A DNA stretch of 64,000 nucleotides. It comes from an uncultured Verrucomicrobiota bacterium. GTDB taxonomy: Bacteria; Verrucomicrobiota; Kiritimatiellia; RFP12; UBA3636. Under the pieces are notes generated by a model. That model was not told the DNA's origin, searched no databases, and saw only the letters and a program-made list of their open reading frames with translations. Below are positions 57,396 through 64,000 of the stretch, piece after piece. The position numbers and the translations under genes were made by a program. Within the stretch, counting starts at the first letter, position 1, and every line of letters begins with the position of its first letter. The stretch spans positions 53,618-117,617 of the forward strand of contig CASEAR010000041.1 of the NCBI GenBank assembly GCA_949285835.1, written 5' to 3'.

Positions 57396-59813
57396 CTAGA
57401 AGCTCAGCAGAGCATCATGCATAGTCTTTTCCATAAGCGGGAGCATGGAGCCCTTCGCGTCGGTTACCGGTTCGCAGTCCCCGACGGTGCTCCACGGGAT
57501 AAGCATCTTCTCAATCGGAAGTTCCAAAACATAGCCGCCGACAGGAACGCTCAGCGGATCAGCCTTACGCGCAGCGCCGAAAATGCTGCGAATGCCGTCC
57601 TGCAAAGCATCGCCGCCGGAATCTTGCTGCGGCCCGGAAGCAGATGCGCTCCCCAATTCGGCGCCTGTATCTCCGCTGCGCCTCGAAAAGAATACCCATG
57701 TCGTCTCCTGCAGATACCGCTGCGCGTCCATTGGAGCAATCGTCGCCGCTGCATCCAGCCCCAGCCTGCTCATCTGCCGTTTCATAACCGGCAGAAGATC
57801 AAACTGCCAGTTGCTTATGTGAACCGCCAGAATTCCATCCGGGGCCAGCCGTCTTAAAAAAAGTTCAAATGCCTCGTCCGAAATCAGCTGCAGCGGTATG
57901 GCGTCGCCGGAGAACGCATCGACCTCAATTATATCCCACTTAGGGGCCCCGGAACGCTCCTCCGCTTCCATAAGCTTGCGCCCGTCGCCCTCCAGTATCT
58001 CCACCCTGCCGCGGCACCCTGAGATAAATGTGAACATCTCCGGATCGCACGCCAAGCCGATGTCCGCCGGTGATATCTCGAAAAATGCAAACAAATCCCC
58101 CGGCTCCGCCCACGCGGCCATAGTGCCCGCGCCGAGACCTATGGAGACAAAACGCATATTCCGGCCGGGATGCCGCTCCCGCCATGCTTTCACTGCCATT
58201 CCGCCCCCTGTTTCCCCGTAATACGTCGTGGGCTTGAGCATATCAATCTCCGGAGAACGCACCTGATACCCGTGGTGCGTGCGTCCGTTTAGAAGTATAC
58301 GGCCCTCCGATTTGCCGAATTTCTGCCCGTCGATTACCGCAAGAGATCCGTAGAAATCACGTACGCGGCAGACCACGCCGGGGTAATCCGCCCTGAACAT
58401 ATCCGGTATCACTCCGGCAAAACATAACACCAGCGCCGCAGCCAGCACCGGAAGGACAGGTATGGACTTTTTGTCCGCACCCGACAAAAGCCCCCTGATG
58501 TAAGGCAGCAGGGAAACCGCAGCCCAGATCAGAATCATCACAGCACAGGCCGACACCGCCACCGGGAATTCCGTTATTTTCGTGAAAACCTGCGGAGCCG
58601 CAATGCCGGCCAGCAGGCCGCCCGCGGACCCGCCCAGCGCATTGAAAAAATAATACCGCCCGAGCCGGTCCCTGCCCGGCCTAAGCGAAAAAAGCCATGT
58701 GTGTAGGAAAACAAGCACCACCGCGAACGAGAACAGCCCATACCTCTTGACTTTTCCGAGAAGATCCAGCGTTTTATACTTGAACTCGTAGGCATCCAGA
58801 GAAAGCGACGCCAGAAGAAACAACGACAGCGCTGCTGCCGCCGCCAGCAGGGGAAGCGCTTTCTCGGCAAGAGAATTAAATCCGATAGTGTAGGAAAGAA
58901 GGAATATTGCCAGAAACATGACCCACAACAGCGGAAGCGGAGAAACGTCGGAACAAATAAACGCCGTCGCAGACGTAAGAAGCGCACACGACACTGCTGG
59001 AATCACAAGCCAAGCGGCCTGTCTCAAAATCAACGGTACAAAACTTACGCCGCAGGACACCCCCTCACACCGCCTCTGCACGGCCTCCCGCCCGGCCTCC
59101 GCACCGCCGCCGACCGTACGCTCCGCCCTCGCGGAATCGCACGTCCCCGGCGCGCAAAATACGAGTATCGAAACGAGAGCCGTGTAAACCGCAAGCCCGC
59201 CCGCAAACAGGAACATCTGCCCCGTCACCGATATATTCGGCTCCAGAAATACCGGGAAAACCAGTAATCCGCAGAAAGATCCCAGATTCGATATCCCGTA
59301 CAGCCAGAAGGCCCCCTTCCCGAAAGGCGCCTTCGACTGCACAAGCGTCGCGTTAGCGGACAAAAGCACGTACGGCACAGCTATGCAGGCGGACACCGTA
59401 AGCAGAACCCCGGCCCATGAATTGGAGGCCGCAACTACAACCGGCCCCCGCAGAGCCAGAACAACGAACCAGACCGCCGACAGCAGCAGCAGCCCCGCAT
59501 GCAGCGCGCCCGCCGTGCGGCAGGCGCCCCCGGGTCTCGAAAAAAGAATTCCGTAACCATAACCTGCCACGAGAAACAATTCATACGCAGCAAGACATGT
59601 CACCCACACCGCGGCAGAACTGCCGAATTCCGGCAAAAGCATCCTCGCGAACATCGGCTGCACAAGGAACAACAGGAAAGAGCCTGTGAAAATCGTCAGT
59701 ATCGCCAGAAACATTCGCAGTACACGCGGCGAAACCCTCTTCGGAACCGCGTGTCTCTCTTCATCTGTACACAAAACGGAACTTTTCATACAATGCAAAA
59801 TCCTCCGAGGCAC
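57396..59813 (-). CDS. Membrane-fused spermidine-synthase-like protein (N-terminal polytopic membrane domain plus C-terminal SpeE-like methyltransferase fold)
   Basis: About 14 hydrophobic helices, then VSIGLGAGTMAAW...WDIIEVDAFSGDAIPLQLISDEAFELFLRRLAPDGILAV, a spermidine synthase-like motif. Confidence 0.55.
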   Translation of the reverse strand: MPRRILHCMKSSVLCTDEERHAVPKRVSPRVLRMFLAILTIFTGSFLLFLVQPMFARMLLPEFGSSAAVWVTCLAAYELFLVAGYGYGILFSRPGGACRTAGALHAGLLLLSAVWFVVLALRGPVVVAASNSWAGVLLTVSACIAVPYVLLSANATLVQSKAPFGKGAFWLYGISNLGSFCGLLVFPVFLEPNISVTGQMFLFAGGLAVYTALVSILVFCAPGTCDSARAERTVGGGAEAGREAVQRRCEGVSCGVSFVPLILRQAAWLVIPAVSCALLTSATAFICSDVSPLPLLWVMFLAIFLLSYTIGFNSLAEKALPLLAAAAALSLFLLASLSLDAYEFKYKTLDLLGKVKRYGLFSFAVVLVFLHTWLFSLRPGRDRLGRYYFFNALGGSAGGLLAGIAAPQVFTKITEFPVAVSACAVMILIWAAVSLLPYIRGLLSGADKKSIPVLPVLAAALVLCFAGVIPDMFRADYPGVVCRVRDFYGSLAVIDGQKFGKSEGRILLNGRTHHGYQVRSPEIDMLKPTTYYGETGGGMAVKAWRERHPGRNMRFVSIGLGAGTMAAWAEPGDLFAFFEISPADIGLACDPEMFTFISGCRGRVEILEGDGRKLMEAEERSGAPKWDIIEVDAFSGDAIPLQLISDEAFELFLRRLAPDGILAVHISNWQFDLLPVMKRQMSRLGLDAAATIAPMDAQRYLQETTWVFFSRRSGDTGAELGSASASGPQQDSGGDALQDGIRSIFGAARKADPLSVPVGGYVLELPIEKMLIPWSTVGDCEPVTDAKGSMLPLMEKTMHDALLSF

Positions 59814-61004
59814 GCATCAGAACGGCAAACATCCGCACACGAACGGCTCCGTCCCGCTGCGCCGCACGAAACCGGCGTCCGTTTCTCCGCTGCGAAACCT
59901 CTCCATTATCATGCCGTCATTTTTTCCCGCGGGCCGCGGCCATGCCCCTTCCTCCCCGGAAGCACTCCCGCTTTCCCCGAACATCTGCGCCGCGGAACGC
60001 CCAAACAGCGATCGTATCACTGCGGAGCCATCATCCCGATCTCCGGCCCTTTCCGCGCATTATAAAGGAAACCCATAACAAAATAAACATCGGTCACACA
60101 CTCCCCGGACGCGCGAGGCAATTATTTGCACCCCCCGCCTTGAAGGATGAAGAGCAGATAAATTGATGCGGCATGCAAATAAAACTAATGGCGGCATTCC
60201 GAGAGAAAAATTGCGGCAAAGCTTGCGCGTATAAAGCGGGGAATAAATGAGTATCGAAATGTGTCGGATGAATGGGCAGAACCCGGCGCTCTGCGCCGCC
60301 CATTCGAGAACGGCCAGCTTTTTCACCCGACACATCCCAAAACCGTTGCCGGTAGTGTTAAGTATTTGGCGCAACGCCCCAGAGATTCACCCTCCAAACA
60401 AAACCCTCCGCTGTCTTTCTATTTGACACAACGCAACGCTGAACGACGCACCCGTACAGGCAGTGACCGGACACACCGCAGGAAATTTTACGCGGCATCG
60501 TTCAGCAAGGCTCCTGCCGCGGCGAACTCGCACATATCAAAATAACCGCGCCATACAATGCTGCACCGAAAACCGCCAACGGCATATAAAAGACATGCCT
60601 CATGTCCGATTTTCGACGGAAAAACCCGCCTTGCCTGACGCGTAAACTCCCGTTTACAAAGCGTATTTTGAACAGACCGCAATATTCTTCCGCAAAGCCT
60701 GACGACTGATGGAAAATTCATCCAAAATGCCGCCATAACGCAGCCGGTGCCGGACATTTACACGCTCGGATTCCGCGTATCTTTTCTGCGAAAATCGTTT
60801 CAGGGCCTTTCCCGTGTCATTCCGCAGCCGCCCTCATATTCGCCGCCATGCGACTCTTGACGGCAAAACACAGAGTCTGGAAAGACCAGAGAGATGAAGC
60901 CACGAAAAAGGAACACTTTTCACTGAAAAGACTTTATTTCACGCTTTGGCACAGTCTCCCGCCGTATGATCAACAACCGGACGGCGCCGAAGCGTTCCAC
61001 CAAA

Positions 61005-61457
61005 TCAGAAGGACAGATCTCCGTATATCTTCATCACCGCACCGTCTTTGGCGACAGATATGTCCCGGCCCGGGAACTCACGCGTCAGCGCTTCCGACAA
61101 TTTTTCCATGGCCTCTTTTTCTATCATGGACGAGACGCTCTCCGGAACGTCCGCAAGCGTCACAATGCCGATGCGGAAAACGTAACCCGGCCCAAGATTT
61201 GACCCAAATCCAGCGCTGTACGAAGCCGTGAGCCGGAACAACCCGTCATATTGCGGATTCGCAGCCGTCCCCTTCTTCGGACGGGAAGGATGAAGCGGAA
61301 ACATCCCTCCGTATTTGCGCTCAAGATACTCATCAAGAGACCTGAGTATCCCGTAAAGCCTGTCTTCCCACTCTTCAAGCCGCTGCCCCATTCCCGCCTC
61401 CATAATATCTCTTTGCACAACGCAAAGGATGGATAATAACACAAAAAGATAATGCAC
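61005..61457 (-). CDS. Hypothetical small protein (uncertain)
   Basis: 150-aa ORF in an otherwise ORF-poor 1.7-kb region. Alternative ATG at 61403. No motif recognised. Confidence 0.2.
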   Translation of the reverse strand: MHYLFVLLSILCVVQRDIMEAGMGQRLEEWEDRLYGILRSLDEYLERKYGGMFPLHPSRPKKGTAANPQYDGLFRLTASYSAGFGSNLGPGYVFRIGIVTLADVPESVSSMIEKEAMEKLSEALTREFPGRDISVAKDGAVMKIYGDLSF

Positions 61458-61518
61458 AAAACCATATCGCCTGGCGCGGCGGAAATTCCGGACATGCAGC
61501 AGAACACCCGACGGAATA

Positions 61519-61557
61519 TAAAAAACGGCACGGTTGATTTACCGTGCCGTTTTTTTT
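61519..61557. terminator. Strong bidirectional rho-independent terminator
   Basis: AAAAAACGGCACGGT-tgattt-ACCGTGCCGTTTTTTTT. Perfect 10-bp GC-rich stem flanked by an A-run and a T-run. It lies immediately 3' of the minus-strand gene ending at 61574. Confidence 0.65.
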
Positions 61558-61573
61558 GCCGTTCAACCGTCTG

Positions 61574-64000
61574 TCACAAGGTCGGGACAGCCTTTATTCT
61601 GTAGAACTCTCCCGCTGCCTCCGGCGAGGCGAACTCTACGCTGACCGTATATTCTGACGGCGTTCCGTCGGAAGATGCAGTTATATCTTCCGTTATCGGA
61701 ATCTCCTGCTCTTCCGCGAACCCGATGCTTGACGAGGCGCACACCGACCACGTCCAGCCCGAATTCGGCCCAAGTTCCACCCCGTTCGTGGACGTCACGG
61801 CAAACGTCACATCCGCGCCTTTCTCCGTCATTTTGATTCCGGTGATCCGAACCTCAATGGACGGAGTGTCGGAAGGCTCAACAGGATCAAGCGGACTGAC
61901 TGGGTCCAGCCACGAAATCTGTCCGTAGTTGAACATGCCGGGAGTGTAGTCCGGATCCGTGTTCCATCCATACCCGGCGCCGTCGCCGTCTTCCGTCAAT
62001 GCAAACACCCTGCGTCTGCCGGTAGCGGAAGTAGGACGCGTGACGCCTATGTCCATGAAACCGAACGGATCAAACCTGTAAGCGTATGATCCCCACGAAA
62101 TACGGTCCACATAGGCCCCCATGCTGCGTTTCAGGTTCATGGCGCCGGCCGAACCGGAGCTGCCGCCGTCGAGGTAGTAATCCTCGTCTTCAGGGAACAG
62201 CTCTTCGTCTATCCGAACGTCAGACGCCAAGTCTGAAGTCTCTGAACGCCCGAGGACGTAGAAGCCCCAGCCCTTATCGTCTTCACCTTCATTATCGCCG
62301 CCAGGCTGATAACTCTTGTCGGCGGAGAAAGCGGCTCCCTGCTTCAGCTTGTTTACATAGAACGGTATTACGGAGTCCGCGCCGATATCCGCGTAACGGA
62401 AGTGCTCAAGTGTCCACCCGCTTATATTCCCATTGCGCGGTCCCATCAGTTCCACATACTCCTGCAGTGTTTGAGGCGTGTCATACGAGGGATAAAACTC
62501 GTTGATGAACACAACATTTGTAGGAACGGTAAACACGAAGAAATATGCAGACCTATCCCCGGTTTCGCTGCCGTAGAGTTCATTGAGATCCACCGGCTCG
62601 TACCATTCTGGATTGACAAACTGCTCGCCGTAATGCACCGGAGCCGGGAACGTTCCGGAATAATTCACCTCTACATTGTACTGTACGACACTGTCTGCCG
62701 GAAGCTGCGGTATGACATTGTCCGCGGTGTAAAGGAGTTCGTCGTCAGGATCCTGTGCAAGCTGTACGCGCCTGCGCCCTGCCACACCATCTTGATCCCA
62801 ATTCTCATACCCCCACACATTGGTGGACGTGGTATAGTCGAAGAACGTCACAATATCGCGGGGATTCATCCTCGGATTCTTCAGCCGCACCCGGACGCCA
62901 ACCGGACCGGTGTACAGAGGAATGTCCGGAACGAACGACACCTCGCCAATTTCAATTGACGTACGAACCGGTTCAGTGATCAGCACGTTGTCAACCATGG
63001 GGCGCGACGCATCCTCGACATCGCTGTATAGCCGCAGGACTCCGTTGTCCGTATCGTATATTTCAATACTGAAATACACCCATTGCTCATTTGTTATGCA
63101 ATTCAGAGATTCCAGCGCCGCAACCTGTTCCTCGTACAGTTCCGACTCCTTATTGAGATCTTCCTTGGTAAGAGTCTTCCACTCAGAAGACGGAGTGGAG
63201 GACGACGGAGCCACCTTGAGCTCGATCTTCGCTGGATTCCTCGACCTCGGAGTGTACGAACGGTACCAGAAGCTCACTTCACCGACGCCCGTGTTAATGA
63301 GCGGCGTCTGAATGTACGGCTTATCCTCATCGTACATTATCCCCGACGGAGTACCCTCATTGTACGAATTGTTGAGCACAGCGCTCTTGTAATCAACGTT
63401 GTATGCACCGTCGAACTTCTTGTCGGATTCGTTGGGGAGACTGGATATCAGGACGTTGTACCCAGCCCAGGAACCATCGCCCACCACGGGGTAGTCTGTA
63501 ACGCGAATATTATCGAGCCACAGCGTTCCCTGCGGAGAACTGTTCTCCCGGTCGATCACAATGCGCACACGGCCGACCATGTTCGTCAGGCACGCCGTAT
63601 ACATGCGCTGCTGCGAAGCCGTGGGCTGGACGTTGGTGTATGCCACCTCCATCCACGAGTCAAACACTCCGTCGTAAGTGTTGCGCTCCACACGGAATGC
63701 AACATTTCCGCCGGTCACTTCATAATTGAAGATTATATCTCCAATACCGTCTTCCATCAACGGAGAGACTATCATCTGCTGCGCATCAGGATCAGCCCTG
63801 CTTAGCGTGAATTCATACATCACGCTGTCGCCGCGCTTCGTACGAACGTCATATTCGGCGCGCCAGACCGTCTCGGCATCCGGATCCGATTCCGGCAGAG
63901 CCGGATCGTAGTCCGGAGAAAGTCCACGCCACCCCTCGACAAACAAGTCGTCCAGAACGAGGTAGCCGTCGCTTCCCGTCGGCGATATCTTTATGAAAAC
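61574..64000 (-). CDS. Large protein containing a lamin-tail domain (LTD); 5' partial, continues beyond the window end
   Basis: VVFINEFYPSYDTPQTLQEYVELMGPRNGNISGWTL matches the LTD consensus (INE...E.vEL.N....v.l.gW.l). The frame is open to position 64000. Confidence 0.5.
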   Translation of the reverse strand, partial: VFIKISPTGSDGYLVLDDLFVEGWRGLSPDYDPALPESDPDAETVWRAEYDVRTKRGDSVMYEFTLSRADPDAQQMIVSPLMEDGIGDIIFNYEVTGGNVAFRVERNTYDGVFDSWMEVAYTNVQPTASQQRMYTACLTNMVGRVRIVIDRENSSPQGTLWLDNIRVTDYPVVGDGSWAGYNVLISSLPNESDKKFDGAYNVDYKSAVLNNSYNEGTPSGIMYDEDKPYIQTPLINTGVGEVSFWYRSYTPRSRNPAKIELKVAPSSSTPSSEWKTLTKEDLNKESELYEEQVAALESLNCITNEQWVYFSIEIYDTDNGVLRLYSDVEDASRPMVDNVLITEPVRTSIEIGEVSFVPDIPLYTGPVGVRVRLKNPRMNPRDIVTFFDYTTSTNVWGYENWDQDGVAGRRRVQLAQDPDDELLYTADNVIPQLPADSVVQYNVEVNYSGTFPAPVHYGEQFVNPEWYEPVDLNELYGSETGDRSAYFFVFTVPTNVVFINEFYPSYDTPQTLQEYVELMGPRNGNISGWTLEHFRYADIGADSVIPFYVNKLKQGAAFSADKSYQPGGDNEGEDDKGWGFYVLGRSETSDLASDVRIDEELFPEDEDYYLDGGSSGSAGAMNLKRSMGAYVDRISWGSYAYRFDPFGFMDIGVTRPTSATGRRRVFALTEDGDGAGYGWNTDPDYTPGMFNYGQISWLDPVSPLDPVEPSDTPSIEVRITGIKMTEKGADVTFAVTSTNGVELGPNSGWTWSVCASSSIGFAEEQEIPITEDITASSDGTPSEYTVSVEFASPEAAGEFYRIKAVPTL

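Noticed and set aside
59499-60065. 188-aa plus-strand ORF overlapping the 5' end of the spermidine-synthase fusion gene
   Set aside because: Arg/His-rich low-complexity translation that overlaps a well-supported minus-strand gene and an ORF-poor region.
1-64000. CRISPR arrays, rRNA and tRNA genes
   Set aside because: No regularly spaced short direct repeats were seen. Intergenic regions were scanned by eye for T-loop-like GGTTCGA motifs and none convincing was found. The window has no rRNA-like long non-coding stretch.

Overview
This 64-kb window is bacterial chromosome with dense coding on both strands. It changes sharply in composition: about 1-25.5 kb is roughly 45-50% GC, and about 26.2-64 kb is roughly 60-65% GC. 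Gene content includes many secreted glycoside hydrolases and a polysaccharide lyase, beta-strand-repeat proteins with the 'autotransporter-associated beta strand repeat' signature, AraR-type GntR regulators (GntR helix-turn-helix fused to a LacI-like sugar-binding domain), a lamin-tail-domain protein and a membrane-fused spermidine-synthase-like protein. This resembles PVC-superphylum bacteria (Lentisphaerae, Verrucomicrobia or Planctomycetes type); that placement is inference from gene content only.

Recognisable housekeeping genes are cmk (5' partial), etfB-etfA, ruvC, gmhA, argH, dinB and mutL.

Accessory content falls into two blocks. The first (16.2-25.6 kb) is a low-GC surface-glycan locus: hexapeptide acetyltransferase, two group-1 glycosyltransferases, a Wzx-like flippase, a pyruvyl transferase, a Wzy-like protein, and a frameshift-degraded IS5/IS1182-type transposase. 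The second (37.9-57.3 kb) is an 18-kb chain of minus-strand, mostly overlapping genes encoding carbohydrate-active enzymes: a heparinase II/III-like lyase, an SGNH esterase, GH39, a 1225-aa multidomain hydrolase, a LacI regulator, a beta-helix protein and GH43. mutL and an O-antigen-ligase-like membrane protein sit inside this chain.

The most unusual signals are these. A roughly 200-nt conserved element occurs twice in inverted orientation, at 15970-16165 and 32087-32290. Each copy lies in a divergent promoter region, and the pair brackets a 16-kb segment. A tightly coupled three-gene module encodes an AsmA-like Gly/Ala-repeat protein, a CPBP intramembrane protease and a metal-dependent hydrolase. 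Perfect 17-nt direct repeats lie between the LacI gene and the 1225-aa hydrolase. A 1.7-kb ORF-poor region ends in a strong bidirectional terminator. No rRNA, tRNA or CRISPR array was recognised.
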